Below are positions 13,860 to 27,853 of a stretch of DNA of 64,000 nt, one piece after another. How positions within the stretch are numbered: position 1 is the stretch's first letter; every line of letters begins with the position of its first letter. The notes under the pieces were generated by a model. It was given only the letters and a program-made list of their open reading frames with translations. It made no database searches and was not told where the DNA came from. This DNA is from the human T2T-CHM13v2.0 reference genome, Homo sapiens. Both the position numbers and the translations under genes were made by a program. The stretch lies in assembly GCF_009914755.1 (NCBI RefSeq), contig NC_060935.1. One strand, written 5' to 3'.

Positions 13860-14809
13860 ATTACCTCTTTAAACGCTTTATCTCCAAATACATTCTGAAG
13901 CATTGAGGGCTAGGGCCTCAACATATAAATTTGGTTTGGAGGGAAGACATAATGTAGCCCAAAACAAAGCCTCAATCTCAGTATCTAGAAAACAAGAGGA
14001 TTGTACTTGTTAATATTTAAGATATATTCAGGCACTGACTTGCTGCGGCCCCAATCCCTGTTGGACTGAACAAAGGAGGACAAATGTGGGAATAAAGATA
14101 AAGAAAAGAGTATTTTTACTCTTTTATAGATAGATAAAGATACTCTTTTATAGGTAATAAAGATAAAGAAAAAAAGAATAAAGATAAAGAAAAAAGAGAG
14201 CCGAAGTCCTGTGGGTCGTGACTAACTCAGCATTCCACTGGAGGCTATATGATCAAACAGCAAACTATTTATCATGAATGCAGGATGTGGGCAAACTCAT
14301 GACTGTGCCTGCTGCCAGAAGATATGCTGAGTGCAATCACTCCCTGGCACTGTGCTCCTTGAGGTTATCTACTGGAACATCTGGAGACTACTGTTCAGAG
14401 AATGCAGCCTTGCAAGCCTGCACTGAGTCAAGCTGCTGACCGACAACCACCCCCCTTCTCCCAATCTCCTTTACCCAATAAATACAAAGGGCTGTAAAAC
14501 TCAGGGCCCTTGTTCACTAGAAGCAAGGAGCCCTCTGACCCCTTCTTCCAAATATACTCTTTTTTCTTTATCTTTATTCCCGCGTTTGTCCTCCTTTGTT
14601 CAGTCCAACAGGGATTGGGGCCACGGCAAGTCAGTGCCTGAACATAGCTTAAATATTAACAAGTATAATCCTCTAGTTTTCTAGATACTGAGATTGAGCC
14701 TTTGTTTTGGGCTACATTATGTCTTCCCTCCAACCCAAATTTATATGTTGAGGCCCTAGCCCTCAATACTTCAGAATGTATTTGGAGATAAAGCCTTTAA
14801 AGAGGTAAT
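13860..14809. repeat. Long inverted repeat: arms 13860-14113 and 14554-14809
   Basis: Manual alignment gives about 12 substitutions plus one A-run indel over ~255 bp. Confidence 0.95.
14196..14628 (+). mobile_element. LTR3-type LTR (HERV-K HML-6)
   Basis: gagccgaag..gtgggtcgtgactaactcagcattccactggaggctatatgatcaaacagc..AATAAA..ttcagtccaacaggg..ggca matches LTR3 as recalled; the 5' TG terminus is missing. Confidence 0.8.
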
Positions 14810-15072
14810 AAAGAGTAAGTGAAATCATTAGGGTGAGCCCTAATACAATATGACTGGTCTTATAAAAACAGGGCAGTAGTACACAGACACAAACAGGAGA
14901 AAGACCACATAAAGACAGGGGGAGAAGACGGCTCTCTGCAAGTCAAGGACAGAGGCCTCAGAATAAATCAACCCTGCCAATACCTTGATCTCAGGCTTCT
15001 AGTCTCCAGAATTGTGAGAAAATAAATTTATGTTGCTGCCCCATTTGCTATACTTTGTTATAGAAGCATTAG
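14700..15072 (+). mobile_element. MaLR LTR (MLT1-type)
   Basis: atgttgaggccctag..gtatttggagata..accttgatctcaggcttctagtctccagaattgtgagaaaataaat. Confidence 0.8.
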
Positions 15073-15239
15073 CAGTCTTCAAGAATGAAAGCAGCTTTTC
15101 CAACATTACACAGCTCCTAGAAGCCATTTCTCCTGGCTCTCAGTCCCATTGTCCCTTCCAGAGAAGCAATGGAAGATGCTTCAATACTCAGCCAACTCCT
15201 TGATGCCTATTGCAATAACTCATAACTCTCTAAATTTCG

Positions 15240-15950
15240 TTACATCTTCATCCATTTGCACTGCTATAATAAATACCTGAGACTGGATGACTTATAAAGA
15301 ATGACAATTTATTTCCTCTTAGTTCTGGAGGCTGGGAAGCCCAAGATCAAGACACCTGCAGATTTGGTGTCTGGTGACGGCTTGGTCTCTGCTTCCAAGA
15401 TGGTGCCTTGAAAGCTATTTCCTCACATGAAAGAAGGAACCGAAGGGCAAAAAGGGCCTAAGCCAGTTCCCTCCAGCCCTTTTATAAGGCACTAACCCAT
15501 TCATGAGGAGCGCTCCTGAGTTACTCACTCCCTGCAAAGGCCCTACCTCTTTTTGTTTGTTTGTTTGTTTGTTTTTTGAGACAGGGTCTGGCTCTGTTGC
15601 TTAGGCTGGAATGCAGTGGTATAATCTCAGCTCACTGCAACCTCCAACTGCTGGGTTCAAATGATTCTTATGCCTCAGCCTCCTGAGTAGCTGGGATTAC
15701 AGGCTTGTACCACCATGCTCCAGATAATTTTTTTATTTTTATTTTTAGTAGAGATGGGGTTTTGCCATATTGGCCAGGCAGGTCTTGAACACCTGGCCTC
15801 AAGTGATCTGGCTGTCTCAGCCTCCCAAAGTGCTGGGATTACAGGTGTGAGCCACTGTGCCCGACCTGGCCATACCTCTTAATGCCACTCTAATGGGGAT
15901 TAAGTTTCAACATGAATTTTGGAGGAGACACACATTCAAGCCATAGCAGT
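15240..15950 (-). mobile_element. MaLR LTR (MST/MLT1A) split by an Alu
   Basis: gctataataaatacctgagactgg..gttctggaggctgggaag..ttcaacatgaattttggagg..cattcaagccatagca. Confidence 0.8.
15549..15870 (-). mobile_element. AluS
   Basis: Antisense Alu. Confidence 0.93.
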
Positions 15951-16326
15951 CACATCCCAGAGATTCCTCAAATATCTGCTTTCCCCTGTTGACCCTATCT
16001 CCATCTCTCTTTCTAATTTGTTCTTTCCAGTATCTTCTGACTCATCTCTTTCTCATTATTCCTTTTCTACCCTGGTTAGAAGAATTTCTCTTTCATTTTC
16101 TTCTGAATACCACAGTGCTACAAAATAGATGATGAGAGAAATGGGAGTTTGGGAATTTTTTACTGGGCATGACTGCAGAATATGCTTTTGCACCCAGCTC
16201 TCTAGAATCACTGGAAAAAAGTGGAAAAACATCAATAAGGCAAGTGAAATTTTCAAATTCTCAAAATTTTCTGTAACTGAAATTTTAAAAATCCTTGCTA
16301 AAATTGAGTTAAAGATAGTAAAGTAT

Positions 16327-16905
<579 letters not shown>

Positions 16906-17794
16906 AGACAGTAAAGTATATGATCTTCCTTTAATATGCAATAATGATACCTACCTGCTCCCTTCCAATGGATATTTTATAGTTTCCCATTTGTATTTTT
17001 CACTATTTGTAATCTTAGGGAACACTGAAGTCACAGATACTAGAATCAAATACAACAATAAAAAATTAGTATTAGCAATAAAGGTTTCAAAAATATTTTA
17101 AATGAGTATGTACCCTTATTAGTGACATTTTAAAAATCTGAGAACCAGAAAGAAGTTATCTCCAAAGAAAGTCTTGCTTAATTCCAATAATTATGAAGTA
17201 GCTTCACTGTAAAAGGCAATGAAGAATGTAAATGATAGAAAAAAGTTTTCAAGGAGTAGAGAAAGTTAAAAAATAGAAAAAAGATAAAGAAGTATAAATA
17301 AGACACAGTTGCTTTATATAAGGACCATATAATTTTTAAGAGAGACAAGACTAGTACACCATCCTAAAATTTTATCTGTCTTTTGATAGTGAATCAACTG
17401 AGTTTAATAAGTATTACCCACTATTATGGGTATCCAAAGATTAATGCTACATTCTCCATTTCCAAGGCACTCAGAACTCTTGAATTTTTTTCCCATTTAG
17501 CTGAAGCTACAGATACAAAATATGTGTAAGATAGATATCTCAATGCCAACCCCTAGTAGAATTCTGGAAATGATCGAACAGATAAGTTGTAAGAATTTTG
17601 AAAAGACTGGTGATTACTATGAGCCCATATAAAGTGATTCATGATAAATCATGCCAAATGCACCTCATTTTAAAAACAAGAGCTTTAAATGATTAGATTT
17701 ATACAAGTGCTGCAGTGTATTTTGATTGTATGAAAGGATTTGAGGTTTCTCATCATATCCCTCTGTGAGATGGCTAATTATAGATTTGTTGGCA

Positions 17795-18250
17795 AAGCAG
17801 TTACATTTTGCTGCAAAATGAACTGTTCCAAACATAATGACTTAAAATATCAATCATTTATTTGCCCTGATTCTATGGGTCAACAATCTGGGCTGGACTC
17901 TGTTAGTCTTACCGGAGTTACTAATGTGGCTAAAGTCAGCTGGTAGATTAGGGCTGATTGGCTTAGGTAGTTTCAACTTGGACAGCTTATCTTTGTTCTA
18001 CACGATGTCATCCTAGCCCAGGCTATGTGGAGGCCTTAGGACAGCAAGAGAAGGCAGGCCCCAAAATATAAGTGTAAGCCTATGCTTGCAATGCATTTGC
18101 TAATGTCTCATTGGCCAAAGCAAGTCACATAGCCCTCCGGGAGTGATGGCAGTGGGGGTGGGGGTGGGGTGGGGTGGGAGACTGCCTAAAGGCATGGATA
18201 TAGGCAGGTGGAGTTCAAGGGGGGCCATAATTGCAACAATGTACCCCAGA
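17795..18250 (-). mobile_element. MLT1-type MaLR LTR
   Basis: aaacataatgacttaaaa..tctatgggtcaacaatctgggctgg..cattggccaaagcaagtcacatagc. Confidence 0.7.
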
Positions 18251-18269
18251 TGTTATTCATTGAGCAGAT

Positions 18270-18421
18270 TTCTTTCTTTTTTTAGAAAAATTTTCAACTT
18301 TCAGGTTCAGAGGGTACATGTATAGGTTTGTTACGTGGGTATATTGTGTGATGCTGAGGTTTAGGGTACGAATGATCCCATTGCCCAAGTAGTTAGCACA
18401 GTACCCAACAGGTAGTTTAAC
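18270..18421 (-). mobile_element. Short L1PA/PB 3' fragment
   Basis: ggtacatgtataggtttgttacgtgggtata; TSD-like TGAGCAGAT at 18261-18269 and 18422-18430. Confidence 0.8.
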
Positions 18422-18534
18422 TGAGCAGATGTCTACCTAATTGAACAATTCCTGAAGATGATACCAGACTCTGCCCTCTTCATGTTCTGCTTGATATTTT
18501 TGTCAATAATTTAGACAAAAGCAATAAAATATGA

Positions 18535-18670
18535 TTGCAGTTTTGCCCATGACACAAAACTATGGTGAATAAAATAAAGCCTGAAGATCATTTTGGCAGT
18601 TTTTGCAGTTTTGCCCATGACACAAAAGTATGAAGAATAAGATAAAGCCTGAAGATGATTTTGGCAGTTT
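18535..18670. repeat. 68-bp tandem duplication
   Basis: ttgcagttttgcccatgacacaaaa..gcctgaagat..ttttggcagttt occurs twice. Confidence 0.9.
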
Positions 18671-18856
18671 TCATCACTTGGTGAAAACCAATAAAATACA
18701 AATTATCCGTGTTAAATGAAAAGTCCTAAATGTATGCTACTAAAATAAATTATGGTCAGGCAGAATTGAAAACTATTTTAAAGCTATATGAAGGTTTTAT
18801 GTGATATCAAATTTTGTGGCTAAAGTGATCAAAATTATTTAATGAAAACATAGTGT

Positions 18857-19183
<327 letters not shown>

Positions 19184-19808
19184 TCATGAAAAATAACAGT
19201 CCCTCAGAACAAAATATTTCCAGTGTAATGTGGTTATTTGGGGGTGAAATTTGCACAATGATATGGAGCTGGAGAAAATCTAGAAGGTGACTGGTATAAT
19301 GAGAAGGTTCAAATATAACCTCCTGGAGGAAGAGTTGGGGTACTTGTTTTAGAGAAAAGAGCACTGAAGATTTACAGAAGATACAAAACCTGTCCTAATA
19401 CATGTGAGGAGCTGTTATGTATTAATATAAGAGAGCTCTAGAGTAAAAACAAGACCAGGGGGAGAAAGTTGTTTGTAGATAGAGACCTTAGCTCAAGGTA
19501 AGTTATAGTACTTAATGACTACAGTTGTCCAGTAAGGAATGAAGCATCTTATGAGTTAATGCTCTCTCTCCTTGGAAGCTCAAGCAGGGTCAATGACTCT
19601 CCAAGATGCTGAAGAAGAGATTCTTAAAGAACATAAGATGCAATGATGCTCATTTTCTTCTTCTCCTGTGTTTTACTTGTTAAATAATATTTTCCTCCAT
19701 TATTAGTATCCTTTTTATTACTGGGGTACTCTTTCAAAGTTATGAACACTGACATGAGTTTTCATTTTGGTAAATAAAACAAAAAATGTAAAGTTTTTTT
19801 TCTGGCAA

Positions 19809-20112
<304 letters not shown>

Positions 20113-20201
20113 TATGCATGTCCTTTCAGCAAAATTATTAGTAGCATCCCATTTCACTCTCAGAAGTGTCCCAATTTAAGTAAATCATAGGATCATCCTA
20201 C

Positions 20202-21131
20202 CTAGAATTTTCTCAATGCTTTCCTTAGGGCATCTTTCAGTTCCTTGTTCCTCAAACTATAGATCAAGGGGTTTAAAATGGGAGTGATAAATGTGTAGGC
20301 CACAGATACCACCCGGCCCATCTCAGGAGAGTAGCTGGAACTGGGGGACAAGTATATAAAGCTGGTGCAGCCATACTGCAGGAGGACCACTAAGATGTGA
20401 GAAGAGCAGGTAGAGTAGGCTTGCTGGCGCCCTTCTGCTGACCGGATCCGTAAAATGGCTACCACGATGAAGACATAGGAGATGGAGATCAATGAGAGGG
20501 GGATGCTAAGGACGATGAAGCTGATGATATACAGAGCAGTCTTGTGAACGCGTGTGTCTGCACAAGCCAGGCGCATGACTGCAGGCATGTCACAGTAGAA
20601 GTGGTAGATCTCATCATTGTGGCAGAATGGGAGATGGAAGATTAAAATGGTGAGTGGCAGTGACAACAGGAACCCCAGCACCAAGGAGCCTACCAGCAGC
20701 TCCACACACAAGGACCAGCTCATGATGAGCCTGTATCGCAGAGGGTGACAGATCGCTATAAACCGGTCATAAGCCATGACTACCAGCAGGACACAATCAG
20801 CCCCACCCAAGAAGACAAAGAAAAACATCTGGGTGCCACATCCCGTGATGGAAACAGGAGTTTTGCCCATTGAAAGGAGGTTTGCCAAGGCCAATGGGGT
20901 GATGGAAGATGTATAGAAGATTTCTAGAACTGCCAGATTAGCCAGGAAAAAGTACATGGGGGTGTGGAGGGAATGATTGATCTGAACAATGACTGCAATT
21001 GTAGCATTTCCACCGAGGCTGGTCAGATACATCATCAGGAAGACCACAAAAATCAGCATCTGGACCTCAGGGTCAGGTGAGAATGGACGAAAGAAAAACT
21101 GCATCTTTGCAGTTTTATTTATTCCTTCCAT
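20202..21131 (-). CDS. OR10V1: Olfactory receptor 10V1, intact 309-aa class II OR
   Basis: Single-exon ORF with N-glycosylation site NKT, LHTPMYFFL, MAYDRFIAICHPLRY, HFYCD, STCSSH and PILNPLIYSLRNKE; N-terminus MEGINKTAKMQFFFRPFS recognised; lies upstream of STX3. Confidence 0.96.
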   Translation of the reverse strand: MEGINKTAKMQFFFRPFSPDPEVQMLIFVVFLMMYLTSLGGNATIAVIVQINHSLHTPMYFFLANLAVLEIFYTSSITPLALANLLSMGKTPVSITGCGTQMFFFVFLGGADCVLLVVMAYDRFIAICHPLRYRLIMSWSLCVELLVGSLVLGFLLSLPLTILIFHLPFCHNDEIYHFYCDMPAVMRLACADTRVHKTALYIISFIVLSIPLSLISISYVFIVVAILRIRSAEGRQQAYSTCSSHILVVLLQYGCTSFIYLSPSSSYSPEMGRVVSVAYTFITPILNPLIYSLRNKELKDALRKALRKF

Positions 21132-21147
21132 GAGTAGAGTATTGGAC

Positions 21148-21162
21148 CTAAGAGGAAAGATG
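21148..21162 (-). promoter_or_regulatory. Splice acceptor of the OR10V1 coding exon
   Basis: Minus strand tctttcctcttAG|gtcc lies 16 nt upstream of the ATG; the paralogous acceptor precedes the OR pseudogene at 35799. Confidence 0.7.
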
Positions 21163-21377
21163 ACATGGGCCTCAAGGCATCTCTGGTTTCATATGATGCT
21201 TTCCCAACTTCTCCATTCAGTATTCAGGCACTTGCTGAGAAACCTCAGGGATGATGTGCATGTTTTCATTTTATAGCAGATTATATAGCATTATAATTTA
21301 TACATTTGCCACCTCCTCATCTTTCCTCTCCCACCTCCCAAGTACCAAAGACTGAAAAATCCTCAGTGGCAGGGACT

Positions 21378-21715
<338 letters not shown>

Positions 21716-22129
21716 TAGCACAGTGCCTACTGTATAGGGTTGCCAAGAAGCATTTGCTGAACAAATTAATGAATAAAGCAAATTTAAAGTTCAAAGTTAC
21801 AAAATGGGTAAAATAGGGTATTGATTAATTATATAAGACAATAAATAAAAAATTTTAGGATTGTATAGGCAGATGTATGCCATAATTTAAAGAGAATTGT
21901 GTTGCTGGCATATTATGAAATTGAATCATAAACTCTGTAATATATCTCAAAACCTAGAGACTTTGATTTACATTTTTCCTTTATCCTATATGTCCCTACA
22001 CACTGATAGTTCATCTTTCAAAGAGTCTCTCCTATCTGTTGCTTTGGTCCTTTCCCATTTCCTTAATCAGCTTTCTCCATTGTTATCTTCCATGAGGATT
22101 CCTGTGATAGCTATCTATTCTCCCATCTC

Positions 22130-22870
22130 CCTTCTCCTCCCTCTGTAATCCATCCTGCTCTCTATTATCATGTTGCTTATATGCTTAGAAATTTTCAGTG
22201 CCTTCCTATTGCTTAAATGTTGACCTTCACAGTCTTCTGCCAATTATTCCAGTCTCTCTTGGAGCTGACTTTTTTAGACTAATCCTGCTATGGCGCTTAA
22301 ATATCCCTGTTACAGACCACATGGTCTACTCATTGGCCTCTTATTCATATTCTCCCTGCTGCTTCATATACTTCCATTCTCCTTCCAACTAGAAATACTT
22401 TCTCCTCTCTTTTGCTTAATCCAAATCATACCCAATTTTCAAATTCTAGGATATGTTGTTCTTTTATGAAATCTCCCTAGGTCACTCTCTTTCCTTTCTC
22501 TGACGTTTTACGTTGCTCAGTATTATGAGTTTAGTGCTACCAAACTGTATTTTACTGTATCTATATGTCCTGACCCAATTACATTTTATGTTCCCCAAGG
22601 ATGGGGGCTGGACCTCTGTCTTATGAAAAATTATCATTTCTTTCATAATAAGCGCAAGGCATGGTGAAAAGTGCTCTATTATGCATTTGCCCACTTAATC
22701 TATAAAACCATGTTAGTAGGGGTGTACTATCATCATCCCTTTTTAACAGATGAAGACACATAGGCTTAAAGAAATTTTAACATTTTCTGAATTCACATAG
22801 CTAGAAAATGGAAAAGTCACGGTTTGAACAGTTTGTTTGATTATAGAGCTTGTTTGCTTAACCTTAGTTT
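22130..22870. mobile_element. L2 and MIR relics
   Basis: cagtgccttcctattgctt.. L2-like; tcatccctttttaacagatgaagacac MIR core. Confidence 0.55.
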
Positions 22871-23670
22871 ATACCCTACTTTCTCCCTCCATACTTTTTA
22901 TCTCCTAAGTAGCTTTGCTATTAATTGATTACAATTCAGAACTCTAGATGGTCTATTGGAAAAAGAGTACCTAAGATCTAGGACTGAAAATGTTGGATTA
23001 TAGTATTTCCACACTTGAGAGACATAATTACAATAATAATTACAATACATGATTACTATGGCTATCTAGTAAATGCTGCTCCGGGCAATGCAGCAAAAAG
23101 AACTTCCCTTTTTTCTCTTCTAAGGAGCAGAGGAAAAATATTTGGCTAAAAACTGTGATGTTTTGGGTGGAGATAGAGGGAGGGTGGTTTGATTCATTTC
23201 TTCACAAGAGAGGGAATGGAGACAAAGAGAGGGTAGAATCCTCTGTGACCCATGATCTGAAGTCCTGTGTGCTGTCCTAAGAGTTTTCATAGGTGCCTGC
23301 CTGCAGTTTTAAGCGACTGTCTTCTGGGGGCTAAGAGTCTAGTCCCCAGACCAGGACAGTACCTATGTAGGGCTGAACCAAACCTATACAGTCAAAACAA
23401 AATGAATTACTCAATTCATTAGGACACTAGAAATAAAAAGTTCCAGAGGTGCCTTCTGTTCTTGTTCTTCTTAATCTCCTTAGACTCAGGAAGTCCATCC
23501 TATCTACTGGGCATAAATCAACCTAATCTCCTCAAAGCACTTGTGTCTCAATGCAGCGCAGGGTCTGCGTTGGCATTATTGTATCATGAGGTTTAGAAAA
23601 GAGAAGGGAAAATCGAATCTGGAGAAATACTGTGAAATCCAGAATGCTGTATAAGAAATTTAAGCACTAA

Positions 23671-24139
<469 letters not shown>

Positions 24140-26362
24140 TAGTTTTTAAGAACCTCCTCTCCATTAAAAAAAAAAAAAAAAGCATCTTGTTTTCTTGGTC
24201 TATGGTAAAATTTATTGGAAAAACAAGAGATGCTTGTTATTGTTGCTGTTGCCATTGTGAGAAGGTATAGATGTAAGTTAGGCTCTATTTAGAAGTGATA
24301 TCAACCTTAGAATAATATGAAGTGCATTTTTTTTTTATTGCAAAGAAGACAACTAGACACAACTTTCAAAAGATGGCCCAGCATGCTCACTATTCATCCA
24401 TGTGATGCTAAAATATTGAATTAAATGTTGGGCATCATGGAAACAAATAGCTGCATGCTTTGCTGACTTCATTCTTTACATAAATCTGGACAGGTGGTAG
24501 CAGCTATTTGGATCCATGCTTGCTTTTTAAACTAGACTGTGGACATTCTAGTATCTAGAGGGTACAAAGCTGTGTTTTGAGAGAAAGCGAAGTTCCAGGA
24601 TCAATATGGCAGTTTTTTTAAAAGGTCTATTTTAACTTGAAAAATTTCGGAGAATGATTTCATATCAAAACAAACATGGAGATAATATAGGGTAGTGGGA
24701 AGATTTGCATGAATTTAGGGGAGTAAAAACATAAGATTTTGAAGAAATTTCTTTCCTGTGGCTGATCACAAAGTTCTTAAAAAAGTAAATTGTCTCTCAT
24801 GCTAATTAGAGTACTTAGGTTAAAAAGCCTTAGATGTTAATTTAGACCATAGATTGGCTATTACTCAATTGAAAATACAATTTCCCAAAGTCCCCAAGTC
24901 TCAAATCTTGACTTGGAATAGCTCCTCTCTTATTACGGCAAAGAAAACAACTGAAGTACTAGCCAACTTCTTCTAAACAGGTAAGGCCCAGAGAAAAACT
25001 CTCAGAAGACAGCTAGTCTTCGGAAAAATAGCTTATCGTCTTACCATCATGCAGCTAAGAACATGGCTCCACAAGTTCTTTGTCCTTCATGTAATCCCTA
25101 TACAAGTTGACTAGTGGCCCTGGAAGGTCACAGATGCTCACAGAGTCAGAGCTCTGCCAGGTCACCTGGGTCCATCTTTTCCAAAGAGACTGCTTGACTT
25201 GTCCGAGATTGCACAAGGGGGTCAATTTTTAATTCATCATTTAAATGTACAAAGTACTCTAGGGGACCCAAAGATAAATGAAATGCCATCTACTTTATGG
25301 AGTCAGGGGTCAAGACTGTCAGCCAGATTTTTGCTTATTCTGGCTTGGTTTGCAACACCTTTGTGCCTCTGCCACTCCTTGTCAGTTTCTCTCAATTTAG
25401 ATGTGCAGATGATATTTAATCACAGGGAGAAAATGTAGGTTGCTGGGAACTTCAGTTTGAGTGGCTGTTTAATTAAGTCTATATAATTGCCTCTGGTCAT
25501 ACAACCAAATTTTAGGGGAATGAATATATTTTAAAAAGCATATAATTTGGGGGAAATGATGTCTCCGGGAAAGTAGGCTATGTTGAAATTAAATGATGTG
25601 TATTCAAATTTCAGCTTTGTCACTTATTAGTTTTGTGATCTTGCTAGGTCACTTGCTCTCTCTAAGATCCCATTTGCTCAGAATAGCACCTCACTACTTT
25701 ACAGTGTTGTTGTGAGGTGCACGTCCATGAAACGATGTCCGTGAAAGAACCTAGTAGAATGCCTGCATGTATTACCTGCTCAATGAAGTATACAGATTAT
25801 TTGATTCCTTTATTCATTATCTATCCTAAGATTGAAAAAAAATGTTGAGTGGGTAGAATACCTGGCAGGTCTATCTAATATTTTCTGGAAGAGATTTCAT
25901 ATTACATCTCGCTCAACTCCTAGTCTCCTATGTTACCTTATTCTTCAGAATCTCTCTTTTAGTAGGGTGAAGAATGACAACCCTTTAATCTACTTATAAA
26001 CTAGTTATTGTTAAAAGGTACTTTATATAAATAAGGAAACACAAAAGAAAGAAAGAAAGACAAAGAAAGAAAGAAAGAAAGAAAAGATAGTTTATAAAAA
26101 TGTATTGACTTTAGGTATATCTTTATGGCTGAATTGACCTACATGATATAGCTATTAGCACAAATTTGGACTCAACTGAGAGGAAAATAAAATCTTAACT
26201 TGGAGATTTTGATTGTGGGATGAGCAGAGAAGGAAGAACAAAGTTATAACCATAATTCACAGGGCAAAAGCCCAGCTCGGAACATAGGTATTTGTGGCTT
26301 CTAAAGATACTTATATGGCTGTAGCAGAGTCAGGGAAGATATATTGGTACCTATTCAAATAA

Positions 26363-26730
<368 letters not shown>

Positions 26731-27172
26731 GAAGACATCCTTGAATAACATTTTCTATATGTCTGATGATATTCTCATGAGTACTTTCTGGAAGAAATTC
26801 ATATAAGCATTTTTTTGGCAGCAGCATCTCGAAAGAAAGAGAGCCAAAATAGTTTAATATGTTGGATCAAATGAAATTTGTTTTTGAAGGTCAGCAATGG
26901 TCGCATATGATTTGGGGGAAAAGAAAGAGAGAAAACACCAATGGCAGCATATAGGCAATTTTACATGGTCCAATGTGATACTTTTGTAAGGGAACTGGGA
27001 GTATATTGTATGAAACATCCAGACATTCAACAAAGGCTATTGTACTCCTACTGCAATAATAATGGCTAACATTTATTGGGTGCTGTGCACTGCGAAAGCA
27101 GGCTCAGTACTCCAGGATCTGTGCACTGTGCTAATTATTTTACAGGCATCAGTTCCTTTAAAGTGGACCTTC

Positions 27173-27280
27173 AGATATATTGGTACCTATTCAAATAAAA
27201 TGTTCCAACATCAGATGTACTCAAACAAAAGACATATTTTGTCCTTAGAAGACACTCTTTTTTTTTTGAGACAAGTTCTC
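27173..27280 (+). repeat. Dispersed copy of 26337-26459 inserted in a MIR
   Basis: agatatattggtacc..gagacaagttctc repeated with 2 substitutions and a shorter T-run. Confidence 0.95.
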
Positions 27281-27853
27281 AAAAAAAGATACCTATTCCT
27301 GTGAAATAGGTATCTTTATTGTTTACATTTTTTTTCAGATGCAGAAATTGAGGCTTAAGGGTTTAATTAACTTGCCCAGCTAGTAAATGGCAGAGTAGGA
27401 CTTAATTCCTAGGTCGATCTGAAAGCAGGTCTGTTTCTATCATTAAAACAAACTGTACATCACTGAGCAATGCAGTATGTGCAAGGCTGAATGATAGGTG
27501 CCTTAGAGGGACAAAATTATTTAATTCTAATTGTCCATTTTCAACAAACTCTATTGCTGTAAAGTGATGTGCCACAGGCATTCCTCAGATCATTGCAGAG
27601 GCAGTGCTCAGCACTTTAATTTATAGTCTCTTTCTTTCCTTTTTGCTCCTGATTTTCTTCCTCTTTCACTACCTACTCATTTAATCAACAATATTGTTTT
27701 AAAGAAATCCCTTTTACAAACATTATTAAGGCCCTGCTCTATATAAGGCATAGCTCTGTTTTCTGGGAAAAGAGAAAGAAGTGTATAAAATGAGTGAAGA
27801 TGTTAATGCTCAAAATTGAATGAAAGAGATAGTAATAAAAATAACGCAAGTCA

